Shown piece after piece: positions 51,076-61,586 of a stretch of DNA of 64,000 nucleotides (its first letter is position 1; every line of letters starts with the position of its first letter). The notes beneath the pieces are model-generated. The model was not told the DNA's origin. It made no database searches and saw nothing but the letters and a program-made list of their open reading frames with translations. The stretch is from an uncultured Candidatus Binatia bacterium (GTDB taxonomy: Bacteria > Desulfobacterota > Binatia > UBA9968 > CAXXLF01), in NCBI GenBank assembly GCA_965218425.1, contig OZ244621.1:736001-800000 (forward strand), read 5' to 3'. A program made the translations under genes and the position numbers.

Positions 51076-51783
51076 CTACGAGGGTTTTCCTTCCTCCTTG
51101 GCCGCACCACTGTCTCCCCTGGGCATATAGCCGATCTTATCAAATGGGTTGACCACGCTGGTGGCCACGTTGCGCAGGTGGGAATTGATGCGTTTCAGGT
51201 AACGGAAATACAATGCCAAGGAGGCCGCATCATTGCTGGAAACGTTGCTATCCGTTCCCTTGATATAATCGATGACCCGTTCATCACAGAGCCGATTCAC
51301 CCACTGGTATTCACCCAGCAGTTTTTCTGCCCCCCGAACATCGGTAGTCTCAAATATTTTCCGCACCTTTTTGAATGTATCCTCCACCGCTTTTTCAATC
51401 TTCTTCAAGTCCTTTTCAAACATTCCACCCTGCAACCTGGCCGGGTGATGCACGGCCATCTCCACGATATTTTTTGTATAGTCCCCCACCCTTTCAATGT
51501 CGATAATTATACTCACCAGCAATAAGCCTGAATACGAATCAGCGGCCCCTGCCACCGCCAGATGACTCAACACATTCCTGCGAACTTCCCTTTGGAATTT
51601 GTTCACCGCGATGTCCTGATCGTAGATGTTGATATCGAGCTGGCCCACGTCCGTATCCCGCAAAGTAGTCTTTGCCTCCAGAAACATTTCATAGGTAAGG
51701 TCCACCATTTCATAGGAGCGTTGGTAGGCCCTATCGAGGAGGGTGTCTTTTTTAAAGATGGCGAAGAGTTCTTTAAATATCAT
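51076..51783 (-). CDS. PhoU domain protein
   Basis: D.AVNKFQR.VR, DIERVGDY.KNI, RYLKRI..H..N; coupled to the Na/Pi transporter. Confidence 0.85.
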   Translation of the reverse strand: MIFKELFAIFKKDTLLDRAYQRSYEMVDLTYEMFLEAKTTLRDTDVGQLDINIYDQDIAVNKFQREVRRNVLSHLAVAGAADSYSGLLLVSIIIDIERVGDYTKNIVEMAVHHPARLQGGMFEKDLKKIEKAVEDTFKKVRKIFETTDVRGAEKLLGEYQWVNRLCDERVIDYIKGTDSNVSSNDAASLALYFRYLKRINSHLRNVATSVVNPFDKIGYMPRGDSGAAKEEGKPS

Positions 51784-51791
51784 GGATCACC

Positions 51792-52880
51792 TCACCTGAA
51801 TAATAGGATGACACCTATGGGAATAAGGAAAAAGACCGTCATAATATAGCAAAAGGGCAGCCATTTACTCGTAATGGCCCAATCCGATACCCGTCTGGCC
51901 AACCACAGGGGTAGCCTTCGGAAGGGCCACCATATAACAATTCCGGTAATATTGAACAAGAGGTGCACAAAGGCAACCACCACCGCCTTGGGGTTTTCGG
52001 TGGCTAGAGAAGCCAGCATGGCCGTAAAAGTGGTGCCGATGTTGGCCCCCAGGGTGTAGGGAAATATCTGTTCGAGGCTCAGGATACCCGCTCCTGCCAT
52101 GGGCACGATCAGACTCGTGGTGATGGAACTGCTTTGGGCTAGAATCGTGAGCAGTAGCCCCACCACAAAGCCCCTCACAGCGGTTCTGAACAGAACCCTG
52201 TCAAACCACACCTCGGCTCTTTTCACCACAAGGACCCTGAGGACATGGACCAATTGATTCAAGGCCAGAAATAGAACAAGCACAGACAGGGCAAAGAGAA
52301 TCCAGGGGTAAGGTCCGATCCACTGGACCATCAGGGCGACCAATGGCTTTGTGGCAGTCTTAACCGGATTGAAGAGCTGCATCCCACCGGCGTGTTGGAA
52401 TTGGTCCGCCAGGAGGGAGGCGCCAATGCCTAAGAAATTGGTCATTATTTGTAGCGGGAATATGACCAGCACCGATAGCAGGTTAAAAAAGTCGTGCACC
52501 GTAGAAGCAGCAAAGGAACGACGAAACTCCTGAGAACGGTTGATGTACGCAATGGATACGAGCGTATTCGTTACTGAAGTACCGATATTGGCACCCATGA
52601 TGATGGGAATGGCGTTGGTAGCGGTGAGGACATCTCCACCCACCATGGCAACCACTATGGAAGTGGTGGTGGAAGAGCTCTGAATCAGAGACGTGGCAAG
52701 GATGCCGATGAATAAGCCCACCAATGGAACGGAGGTGCTGGCGATCATCGCTTCGGCAAACTCCTTACCGAACATTTTCAGGGACGTTCCCATCAGGTTG
52801 ACACTGAACAAAAACAGATACAGAAAAAATATTAGCAGTACGATACGGACAAGGGTGGAAGTAACGGCGTCACGATCCAT
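51792..52880 (-). CDS. nptA: Na+/phosphate symporter (NptA/SLC34 family)
   Basis: Two QSSS repeats and two GANIGT repeats; VHDFFN. Confidence 0.9.
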   Translation of the reverse strand: MDRDAVTSTLVRIVLLIFFLYLFLFSVNLMGTSLKMFGKEFAEAMIASTSVPLVGLFIGILATSLIQSSSTTTSIVVAMVGGDVLTATNAIPIIMGANIGTSVTNTLVSIAYINRSQEFRRSFAASTVHDFFNLLSVLVIFPLQIMTNFLGIGASLLADQFQHAGGMQLFNPVKTATKPLVALMVQWIGPYPWILFALSVLVLFLALNQLVHVLRVLVVKRAEVWFDRVLFRTAVRGFVVGLLLTILAQSSSITTSLIVPMAGAGILSLEQIFPYTLGANIGTTFTAMLASLATENPKAVVVAFVHLLFNITGIVIWWPFRRLPLWLARRVSDWAITSKWLPFCYIMTVFFLIPIGVILLFR

Positions 52881-53023
52881 TTTAGTTCTCAGGTTCTCCC
52901 TGGGGATTGTTCCCTTTCATAGCGCGCCGTGTCGTTGAGCTTCAACTCTTTGGTGGGATGGATTACCTACAGGTAACGGTTCAGTGAATCGCGCAGTAGC
53001 CGATGGTCTATCTCGAATGATCC

Positions 53024-53100
53024 TGGCGCGCCCGGAGGGACTTGAACCCCCGACCTACAGATTCGAAGTCTGCCGCTCTATCCAGCTGAGCTACGGGCGC
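53024..53100 (-). tRNA. tRNA-Arg (anticodon TCG)
   Basis: Reverse complement gcgcccgtagctcagctggatagagcggcagacTTCGAAtctgtaggtcgggggttcaagtccctccgggcgcgCCA forms a cloverleaf; anticodon loop cttcgaa; encoded CCA. Confidence 0.96.
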
Positions 53101-53110
53101 TTTAGATATT

Positions 53111-53593
53111 TCAAATATTTTCTTCTTTTATGCCGTGACTTGGTTGAAGAACAGGTTCCATCGCTTCCTTGGTTTTCTCATCCTGTCCCCCATTTTCCTG
53201 TGAAGGTTGGATCGGCTGGTTTTACCCATTTTCCATTTTTCTTTGGCACTCGTTCTGACCGCATGGATTGCCTGTGGCGAAGCCCATGGCAGATCCTGCA
53301 AACTTATAGACAATACCCAGCCAGGGCATACCGAAAGCGACTCCCACAATAGTGCCAAGCACCGTTCCTGTCAAACTCCCAATTCTTGCGCCATCCACAC
53401 GATCCGGACATTTTTTCTTTGATCAATCGTGGTTTGAGGCAACGGATCCTGCGTGCTTGGGGCTCGCAGGCGGTTCAGGAGTTAATGCAACGGGCTGAGA
53501 CTTGACCGGTGTCTGGAACTGTGGCGCACAGCCCTGTGAAGTAACTAACGTGAGGACGAGGACAATAGCAAAGGGGATGGGTCGCCGGATCAT
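53111..53593 (-). pseudogene. Lipoprotein with glycine-zipper-like segment, two in-frame stops
   Basis: Manual translation MIRRPIPFAIVLVLTLVTSQGC (lipobox)...NHD*SKKKCPDRVDGARIGSLTGTVLGTIVGVAFG...ENG*NQP... Confidence 0.55.
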
Positions 53594-53643
53594 TAATTGT
53601 TCTCTTAACGCGCAGAGTTTAGAACCACTCGACCCCCAAAAGT

Positions 53644-54609
53644 CTATATAGCCTCGCGGGAACAGATCACCCGGATACCCTTCTCGTGAAAAACCAATGA
53701 AGGTCCCGAGAAATCGTCTGGTCGGTCACGAGCATGGATTGGGTCGGCAGAAAAACCCGGGGACGGAGAGGACCAGTTTATTCTTTGGCCCCAGATCGGC
53801 GGTGGGAAACCGGTGCTTTTGATAGGTTGTGCCCTTTCCTATGGCTACGAGTAAAGTGGATGGGATCTCACGGGCGGACAGGGACTCAAGATCGAGTTCC
53901 ACCACTTTTACCTTCTCCTTCTCGCTCAATGCCCGCATCACTTCGGGGCTCACCTTGCCGAAGAATACGCCGAACTTCTTATCTTGCAGCGTGAACCACC
54001 TATGCGCAGTGGTGTTAAGCCTCATGCCCTTTCGTAGAGAAGGCAGGAGAATGGGCTCCCCCGCATAGAAGAGATCCCCATTGTCCTTGCGAGGGTTCAA
54101 TCTCTTCACCTGTTCGAAGGCGCTACGGATTGCCTTTCGACCCTGAAGCCCCTGCTGGTTGCGGAGGATTTTAAATGAATGTTCCCCGCGCTTGACACGG
54201 TAGACCCTTGGGTCGCCGCTTCCCGAGGGCATCTGTACGCCTAGGAATTCATCTGGCCGAATGGGAATAAAAACCACATCTCCCACCCTCAGCACATCAG
54301 GGTCCTGGAGTTAGAGATTCAGTGACCCAACGAGAACTAGGTAACGCTGAAAGCTTTTTTCAGGGAGCCCTCTTTCTTGTGTCCGAATCTGCCACAGGGT
54401 ATCCCCGGGGACGATCTTTCTTTTTTCCCCTCCACAGATTGTCCCTGGACTTCAGGCGTCTTGACCGTCTTACCGAGTCTGAGTTGCGCCTTGCCTTCTC
54501 CCAACCCACCTGCCGTCTCTTCCTGAGCATGGACTCCTAGGGTGAAACCAAAGCTCAGAAGCAGGCCCAAGAACAGCGCCATGCCTCGTTTCTTATTCAT
54601 ACATTTCAT
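53644..54609 (-). pseudogene. Secreted LysM-type protein, disrupted
   Basis: Signal peptide (ATGA overlap with the cysS stop), LNL*LQDPDVLRVGD and YRVKRGE...VKRLNP...YAGE.ILLP LysM-like units; stops and frameshifts. Confidence 0.55.
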
Positions 54610-56018
54610 CGAACCTTCCATAAGGTCCCTCTTGGAGTGTCTTCAAGGGCAACGCCCTTTTCGCTCAACTCATTTCGGATTTGGTCTGCCTCGTTCCAAC
54701 GTTTTTCCGCCCGGGCAAGGTTCCTCCGGCGAATCTTCTCCTCGATGTCTTGATTGGATAACCCGTAGGTGTGAAGCCATCGTTCTTTTTTCCTATCCCA
54801 AAACATATCAGGTGACTCTTGAATCAATCCTAAAACTTCTCCAATCTTTTTTAAGGAGTTTCTTCTCGCCGTTAAACCTGAGCATTCACCCTTGTCCAGC
54901 AATCGGTTAAGTGACCGAACTTCCTCAAACAGGAGGGCCAGAGCCCGAGGGGTATTGAAGTCATCGTCCATCTCGCTGCGAAAATCATCAAGTAATCCTT
55001 CTTCCAAGGTCTCTTCTCCCTTATCCGGTGTCAGCTGATTCAACCGATGGACGGTATCGTAGATACGGTCCATCCCCTTTTCCGCCTCTTCAAGACCCTG
55101 ATCTGAGAAATCCAGCGGACTACGGTAATGGCTAGCCAGGATGTAGTGACGGAGGGAAGCAGCATCGAAACGTTGTAGAACCTCTTGAATCGTGTGGATG
55201 TTTCCGAGAGACTTGGACATTTTTTCGTGGTTGATATTGACGAATCCATTATGGATCCAGTATCTGGCAAACATTAGATCGGAGGCGCCTTCGGACTGGG
55301 CAATCTCATTTTCATGATGCGGGAAAACCAAATCCGCCCCTCCACCATGAATATCGAAGGGTTGCCCGAGATACTTCACGCTCATGGCGGAGCATTCGAT
55401 ATGCCACCCTGGTCTCCCCTCGCCCCAGGGGCTCTTCCAGGACGGCTCTCCCTCCTTGCTCTGCTTCCACAGAGCAAAATCCATGGGGTGCTTCTTGCGT
55501 TCGTCCACCTCTACCCTGACACCAGCCTGGAGTTCTTCGAGCTTCCTGCCCGAGAGTTTTCCATAGGGAGGAAATCGATCCACCGAAAAAAAAACATCTC
55601 CATCCACCCGGTAAGCCAGGCCCTTTTCCTCCAGTTGCTGAATGAGCTGGATCATCTCGGTGACATGATCCGTGGCCCGGGGCTCCCGATCGGCAGGGAT
55701 CAGCTCCAGGGATGCGCCATCCCGGTTGAACTCTTTAATGTATTTTTCCGCAATGACTTCCGCCTCGGACCCTTCTGCCTTCGCCTTCTGAATGATTTTA
55801 TCATCCAAATCTGTGAAATTACGGACAAAAGTGGTTTTGTATCCGAGAAACTTCAGGTGCCGGAGAATAACGTCAAAGGTAAAAAGAGCACGAGCATGTC
55901 CCACGTGACAAAGGTCATATACCGTGACTCCACAGACATACATCCTCACTTCACCGTCTTTAAAAGGGACAAACTCCTCCTTTTTGCGTGACAACGTATT
56001 GTAGATCTTTAAAGACAT
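54606..56018 (-). CDS. cysS: Cysteine--tRNA ligase
   Basis: MYVCGVTVYD, HVGH, GRPGWHIECSAM, FPHHENE, KMSKS, DDFNTP. Confidence 0.97.
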   Translation of the reverse strand: MSLKIYNTLSRKKEEFVPFKDGEVRMYVCGVTVYDLCHVGHARALFTFDVILRHLKFLGYKTTFVRNFTDLDDKIIQKAKAEGSEAEVIAEKYIKEFNRDGASLELIPADREPRATDHVTEMIQLIQQLEEKGLAYRVDGDVFFSVDRFPPYGKLSGRKLEELQAGVRVEVDERKKHPMDFALWKQSKEGEPSWKSPWGEGRPGWHIECSAMSVKYLGQPFDIHGGGADLVFPHHENEIAQSEGASDLMFARYWIHNGFVNINHEKMSKSLGNIHTIQEVLQRFDAASLRHYILASHYRSPLDFSDQGLEEAEKGMDRIYDTVHRLNQLTPDKGEETLEEGLLDDFRSEMDDDFNTPRALALLFEEVRSLNRLLDKGECSGLTARRNSLKKIGEVLGLIQESPDMFWDRKKERWLHTYGLSNQDIEEKIRRRNLARAEKRWNEADQIRNELSEKGVALEDTPRGTLWKVR

Positions 56019-56134
56019 GGGGGGGCATGGGGATTTTACTAAAAAGGATGCCTATTTAGCAAACAGCGGCTTATTTATTCACCGGCCCTATGCCCTTGTT
56101 GCCAAATTTCCGAAAAAAGCATACAGACAGCAAC

Positions 56135-57790
56135 ATGCAATTCGAAAAACCCTACCAAGAACTTAGAGAGTTCATTCAGGCCCTTGAGGAACACGGCAAA
56201 CTTTTCCGAATCCAAAAGGCAATCAACAAGGATACGGAGCTTCAGCCGCTGGTTCGCTTGCAGTTCAGGGGGTTGAAGGAGGAGAACCGAAAGGCTTTTC
56301 TCTTCGAAAACGTTACGGATTCCAAGGGGGGCAAGTACCAGGGATCGGTTCTCGTGGGCGGGCTTGCGGGATCGGCCAGCATCTACTGTTTGGGCCTGAA
56401 GTGCAGGGCTGAGGATGTGGCGGACCGATGGTTATACGCCATGGAGCATTGCCTGGAGCCCGAGATCGTCAACCATGGCCCGGTCATGGAAGAGATCCAC
56501 AAGGGTCCGGACCTTCTCCGCCACGGCGGCTTCGGAGAATTTCCCATACCCATTTCGACCCCTGGTTTTGACAATGGGCCCTACATCACGGCAGGCCACT
56601 GGATCACAAAGGACCCTGACACGGGGAAGAGAAACGTGGGCAACTACCGTGGATTGATCAAGGGGCCGGGCTGGAGCGGCATCATGATGGGGACCCCGCA
56701 GGATATTTCTCAACATTGGGAGAAATGCAGAAAAAGGGGTATTCCTCTGGAAGTCGCCGTTGCCATAGGAACCGTGCCGGTTGTTTCTTACACCGCCGCG
56801 CAGAAGGTACCGCCCACCACGGACGAACTGGCGTTGGCCGGAGGACTGGCGGGAGAACCCATCAAGCTGGTGAAGTGCCAAACGGTGGACCTGGAGATAC
56901 CTGCCTCGGCTGAGGTGGTTTTCGAAGGGGTCATCCCCACCCGATACCTGGAGGAAGAGGGTCCCTTCGGTGAATCCATGGGTTATGTGGACCCACGCAC
57001 CCTGAGTCCTATATTTGAACTGAGCTGCGTCATGCATAGAAAAACCCCCACATGGGTATCCATCATCAGCCAGGTCACTCCCAGCGAAAGCTCCAAGATC
57101 AAGGCCATGGGAATGGCGACTCTGGTTCATCGTTATCTAACACAGAAGGGCTTTTCCAGCGTCCTGGAGGTTTCGCTCATGGAGCCCCTGGTGAATCTAA
57201 GACCTTATGTTGTCATAAGGATGAAGAAGAGAGACGACCAGGACCCCTGGAAGGCCATGGACGCCGCGTTGGGGTATGGTGACCGGGTGGGCAAGCTTGT
57301 TATTGCCGTGGACGAGGACATCAATCCTCACGATCCCGTCGCAGTCACCTGGGCCATCACCCACAGGTCTCAGCCCCATAAGGATATCAAAGTAGTGGGT
57401 GATCGCCCCTTCGGAGCTACCCCCATCGGCATGGTGGTAAGCCACCCCACCAGTCGGTATGACAACATGGAATCCTCGCTCTTGATTGACGCCACGCGAA
57501 AAGCCGACTTTCCTCCTCTATCCCTGCCAAAAAAAGAATATATGGAGAGGGCGAAAGAGCTGTGGGAGTCTCTGGACCTACCCAAGCTGGAGATCCAGGA
57601 ACCCTGGCATGGGTATTTCATGGGACTATGGCCCCAGGAGCTTGACCAGGAGGCTCGTCTGGCGGCGGAGGGAGAGGGTAAAAAGATTGGCGAAAAACTA
57701 CGCGGCACCAGACTTGATGTCGGCGAAGGCGAAACGCTGAAGTCCATGAGGGATAAATGGGGACGAACCCACTCTGGCCGAGCTGAATGA
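56135..57790 (+). CDS. UbiD family (prFMN-dependent) decarboxylase/carboxylase
   Basis: AFLFENV, DNGPYIT, NVGNYR, EEGPFGE, IAVDEDI, LLIDAT; ATG 56135. Confidence 0.9.
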   Translation: MQFEKPYQELREFIQALEEHGKLFRIQKAINKDTELQPLVRLQFRGLKEENRKAFLFENVTDSKGGKYQGSVLVGGLAGSASIYCLGLKCRAEDVADRWLYAMEHCLEPEIVNHGPVMEEIHKGPDLLRHGGFGEFPIPISTPGFDNGPYITAGHWITKDPDTGKRNVGNYRGLIKGPGWSGIMMGTPQDISQHWEKCRKRGIPLEVAVAIGTVPVVSYTAAQKVPPTTDELALAGGLAGEPIKLVKCQTVDLEIPASAEVVFEGVIPTRYLEEEGPFGESMGYVDPRTLSPIFELSCVMHRKTPTWVSIISQVTPSESSKIKAMGMATLVHRYLTQKGFSSVLEVSLMEPLVNLRPYVVIRMKKRDDQDPWKAMDAALGYGDRVGKLVIAVDEDINPHDPVAVTWAITHRSQPHKDIKVVGDRPFGATPIGMVVSHPTSRYDNMESSLLIDATRKADFPPLSLPKKEYMERAKELWESLDLPKLEIQEPWHGYFMGLWPQELDQEARLAAEGEGKKIGEKLRGTRLDVGEGETLKSMRDKWGRTHSGRAE

Positions 57791-57871
57791 CAGTCTTGAG
57801 GTAAGACCTGCGCCATCTCAGATGCCACACGAAGTAAAAAAACTCCTGTTCTAAGGCTGCTTGTTTGAACC

Positions 57872-58405
57872 ATGAAACGGCAAATCGTACTCACCGTGAA
57901 CGGGGTAGAACACGAGATCGAGATCGAGCCCAACCGGTTGCTGCTCCAGGCCCTGCGTGAGGACATCGGGTTAACCGGTACCAAGGAAGGCTGCAATATC
58001 GGCGTGTGCGGCGCCTGTAGCGTCATGGTGGATGGACGACTGGTTAGCTCCTGTCTAACCCTGGCGGTAGGATGCCAAGGAAAGGAGATCACCACCATCG
58101 AGGGACTGGCAAAGGACGGAAAGCTTCACCCCATTCAGCAGGCCTTTCTCGAGCACGGCGGTTTTCAGTGTGGCATCTGCACACCAGGACAGATCATTGC
58201 TGCCAAGGCCCTTTTGGATAGCCAACCCAACCCGTCTGAAGAGGAAGTCAAGGAATGGATGTCGGGCAACCTGTGCCGCTGCACCGGTTACTACAAGATC
58301 CTCGAATCGGTCATGGCAGTCGTCCAAAATAAAGTTAGCCTGGAGCATGGTGCCCGCAGGGGCCAGGCCGCTAAAATACAGAGCCTTTACAAGAGCGATA
58401 AATAA
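57872..58405 (+). CDS. Xanthine dehydrogenase family (2Fe-2S) subunit (CoxS-like)
   Basis: GCNIGVCGAC...SC, QCGICTPG, GNLCRCTGY. Confidence 0.93.
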   Translation: MKRQIVLTVNGVEHEIEIEPNRLLLQALREDIGLTGTKEGCNIGVCGACSVMVDGRLVSSCLTLAVGCQGKEITTIEGLAKDGKLHPIQQAFLEHGGFQCGICTPGQIIAAKALLDSQPNPSEEEVKEWMSGNLCRCTGYYKILESVMAVVQNKVSLEHGARRGQAAKIQSLYKSDK

Positions 58406-58427
58406 CAAAACCGTTAAGGCGTAGAAT

Positions 58428-60716
58428 ATGAGCAAGGCAGAAAAATTCTCCGTGGTGGGACACAAGGTCAGCCGGTTTGAAGGATACGAGAAAGTTGCCG
58501 GTGAGAGCCGCTTCATCGCCGACATTGTGGTTCCGGGAATGCTCATGGGAAAGATCCTGCGCAGTCCCTACCCCCATGCCAGAATAGTCGGCATCGATAC
58601 CACCAAGGCTGAAAAACTGCGCGGTGTTCGGGCCGTGGTGACATCAGAGGATACCATCAAGCGAGGCTGGGGGGCATTTTTTCCCGACCAATATCCGCTT
58701 TCTGAAGGTAAAGCCCGTTACGTGGGCGAAGAAGTCGCTGCGGTAGCGGCCCTCGACAGGGACATCGCTGAGGAGGCCGTGGACCTGATCGACGTGGAGT
58801 GGGAGGAGCTTCCCGCGGTCTTCGACTCGGAAGAGGCCATGAAGGAGAGCGCCCCACTCATCCACGAAGACAAAGAGCGCAACATCGCCATGCAATTCGA
58901 CGTGGAGCGCGGCGACATCCAACGCGCCTTTTCCGAATCGGATCTGATCGTGGAGGACACCTTCGAGAGCATGCCTCAGTGGCACTGTGCCATCGAAACC
59001 ATCGGCAGCGTTGCCGATTATGATGCCAGTGGGAAATACACCGTGTACATGAACACCCAAACCCTTTTTATGGCGCGCTATAGGCTTGCAGCGGCTCTAG
59101 GCGTAAGAGAGTCCGATGTACGCATCATCCAGAGCGCCGTGGGGGGCGGTTTCGGCGGGAAGTCCTCAGACGACAATAATGCCATAGTTGCCGCCGTGCT
59201 GGCGCGCAAGGCCCGTAAGCCCGTCAAGATCATTAACACTCGGGAGGAGGAATTTTTGGCCGGAAGCCGCCCCAGGGTCAACATGAAGATCTGGGTGAGG
59301 CTCGGATTTAAAAAAGACGGAAGGATCCGCGCCAAACACACCTACGTCATAGCGGATAATGGAGCCTATAGTGGCAAGGCGCCCGCCATCACCGGAGTCG
59401 CCGCACTACGTCATGACACCTGTTACAAGTACTCAGACGTGAGGGCACAGGCTTATCTGGTCTATACCAACAAAATTCCCACCGGCGCCTTCCGTGGCTT
59501 CGGCAACCCTTCGGCAGAATGGGCCGTGGAGCAGGCCATAGACCTGGCTTCTCACCAACTGGGAATCGATCCCCTGGATCTAGCCCGTCTCAACGCCGCA
59601 GACCCCGGGTACGTGTCACCCCACGGCAACCATGTGCAGAGTTGCGAACTAAAGCAATGCCTCGACATGACGGAAAAAATGATGGACTGGAAGAAAAAGA
59701 GGGACGACAAAAAACCCAACGTCGGCCTGGGTCTGGCCTGCACGGTCCATGTGAGCGGCAAGCGCCATTTCGGTGATTACGACGGGAGTTCGGCAACCAT
59801 CAAAGTAAACGAAGACGGCAAGGCCTTGATCCTGAGCGGAGAAGGCGAGGCCGGGCAAGGACTTTTTACGGCCATGTGCCAGATCGCAGCGGAAGAAATC
59901 GGGGTTTCGCTCGAAGACGTGGAGATCTCCAAGGCCGACACAGACCTTACCACCTTCTGCCTGGGCGCCTTTGCCAGCCGGCTTACCTATGTTTCAGGCA
60001 ACGCGGTGAGGGATGCTGCGGGCAAGGTCAAACAGCAACTCTTCGAGACCGCAGCCGAAATGTTGGAGGCCAGGGCGCAGGACCTGGTTTGCAAAGAGGG
60101 CCGGATCTTCGTTCAAGAAGCGGAGCAAAAGTCAGTGACGGTGGCTGATGTGGCCCGAGCGAGGTTATTCCGCCGTGGCGGCGCGCCCATCGTGGCCTCG
60201 GGAAGCTTCGATGCTGATTCCATATCCCAAGATGCCAGCAGGTACGGGAACGAGTCGGGGGCATACAACTTTGGCAGCCAGGCGGCTGAGGTTCAGGTGG
60301 ATCCCGATACCGGACAAGTGAAAGTCCTCAAGTATGTGGTGGCTTCAGACTGTGGTACGGTCATCAACCCCATCGGCGCCGAGGGTCAGGTGCAAGGCGC
60401 CATCGCCCAGGGTATCGGCTATGCCCTCATTGAAGGAATCCGGATGGAAGATGGACGACCCATAAACCCCAATTTCGCCGATTATCGCATTCCCTCCATG
60501 AGAGACATGCCACCTCTCACCCACGGTTTTGCAGAGTCCTACGAACCCACTGGCCCTTTCGGCGCAAAAGGCCTGGGTGAATTGGGAATGGACCCCACCG
60601 CCGCCGTTATTAACAACGCCATCTTTGACGCCGTCGGGGTGCGCATCAAGAAACTTCCCATCACACCGGAGAAGGTTTTGAAGGCACTGCAAGAGAAAAA
60701 GAAACAGGGTCAATGA
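58428..60716 (+). CDS. Xanthine dehydrogenase family molybdopterin-binding subunit
   Basis: LRSPYPHA, GGGFGGK, AFRGFG, GQG, ASR, QVQG, AKGLGE. Confidence 0.93.
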   Translation: MSKAEKFSVVGHKVSRFEGYEKVAGESRFIADIVVPGMLMGKILRSPYPHARIVGIDTTKAEKLRGVRAVVTSEDTIKRGWGAFFPDQYPLSEGKARYVGEEVAAVAALDRDIAEEAVDLIDVEWEELPAVFDSEEAMKESAPLIHEDKERNIAMQFDVERGDIQRAFSESDLIVEDTFESMPQWHCAIETIGSVADYDASGKYTVYMNTQTLFMARYRLAAALGVRESDVRIIQSAVGGGFGGKSSDDNNAIVAAVLARKARKPVKIINTREEEFLAGSRPRVNMKIWVRLGFKKDGRIRAKHTYVIADNGAYSGKAPAITGVAALRHDTCYKYSDVRAQAYLVYTNKIPTGAFRGFGNPSAEWAVEQAIDLASHQLGIDPLDLARLNAADPGYVSPHGNHVQSCELKQCLDMTEKMMDWKKKRDDKKPNVGLGLACTVHVSGKRHFGDYDGSSATIKVNEDGKALILSGEGEAGQGLFTAMCQIAAEEIGVSLEDVEISKADTDLTTFCLGAFASRLTYVSGNAVRDAAGKVKQQLFETAAEMLEARAQDLVCKEGRIFVQEAEQKSVTVADVARARLFRRGGAPIVASGSFDADSISQDASRYGNESGAYNFGSQAAEVQVDPDTGQVKVLKYVVASDCGTVINPIGAEGQVQGAIAQGIGYALIEGIRMEDGRPINPNFADYRIPSMRDMPPLTHGFAESYEPTGPFGAKGLGELGMDPTAAVINNAIFDAVGVRIKKLPITPEKVLKALQEKKKQGQ

Positions 60717-60719
60717 GCG

Positions 60720-61586
60720 ATGATCAAGTTTGACTATCTAGAGCCCGAGAGTTTATCAAAAGCCGTTGATCTACTTGATCGACACGGCGATGAGGCCAGG
60801 CTGATGGCCGGCGGCACGGGCCTACTTATCTTGATGCGCCAGCGCCTGCTCAACCCTAACTTTGTCATAAGCCTCGCCAAGGTACCCAATTTTAATCAAA
60901 TCAGCTTTGATCTTAAAAATGGCCTTACCATCGGCGCCGGAGCCACCCACCGTGAGATTGAGCTGACACCAGCCATTCGCCAGTTTTATCCAATTCTCTA
61001 TGAGACTCTTCACAAGGTGGCCCAACCCAGGATTCGTAACATGGCAACCCTTGGCGGCAATCTCTGTCAGGGCGACCCCACCACCGACCCGGGCGCAAGT
61101 CTAATGGCCCTTGACGCTGAGGTGACCTTGCACGGTAAAAAGGGAGCACGAAAGCTACCCCTGGAGAAATTTTTCGTGGACTATTACGAGACGGCCCTTG
61201 AGCCGGGGGAAATCCTCACCGAGGTTCATGTGCCACCGCCCATGGAGAGGCTCTGCTGGTCGCACATAAAATTTACTCCCCGAACGGAGGAGGACTTCGC
61301 CACGGTGGGTGTTGCGCTCACACTACGCATACAAAACAGGAATTGTGAGGATGTCTGCGTTGCGTTGAACTCCGTGGGTTCTACAATTTTCAGGGCGAGA
61401 AAAGCAGAAGACGTGTTGCGCGGGAAACTGATCACTCAGGAACTGTTGCGGGAGATGGGAAATGTCGCAGCCACAGAAGCGGACCCCATGGACGACCAAC
61501 GCGGCTCGGCGGAGTACAAACTGGATCTGATCAAGGTCCTGGTGCGACGCGCCGGAGAACAAGCTCTAGCGAAGGCAATGCGCTAA
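60720..61586 (+). CDS. Xanthine dehydrogenase family FAD-binding subunit (CoxM-like)
   Basis: AGGT, IRNMATLGGN, D.RGS.EYK; 288 aa with no Cys-rich insert. Confidence 0.92.
   Translation: MIKFDYLEPESLSKAVDLLDRHGDEARLMAGGTGLLILMRQRLLNPNFVISLAKVPNFNQISFDLKNGLTIGAGATHREIELTPAIRQFYPILYETLHKVAQPRIRNMATLGGNLCQGDPTTDPGASLMALDAEVTLHGKKGARKLPLEKFFVDYYETALEPGEILTEVHVPPPMERLCWSHIKFTPRTEEDFATVGVALTLRIQNRNCEDVCVALNSVGSTIFRARKAEDVLRGKLITQELLREMGNVAATEADPMDDQRGSAEYKLDLIKVLVRRAGEQALAKAMR

Noticed and set aside
293..54320. Genome-wide stop-codon reassignment (TAG or TGA) suggested by several in-frame stops
   Set aside because: TAG and TGA both end many intact genes (TAG at 2874, 11831, 18465, 19803; TGA at 1783, 11124, 57790). 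In-frame TAA stops and frameshifts also occur, which points to pseudogenisation
57872..61586. Aerobic CO dehydrogenase or 4-hydroxybenzoyl-CoA reductase
   Set aside because: No VAYxCSFR loop in the large subunit and no [4Fe-4S] insert in the FAD subunit
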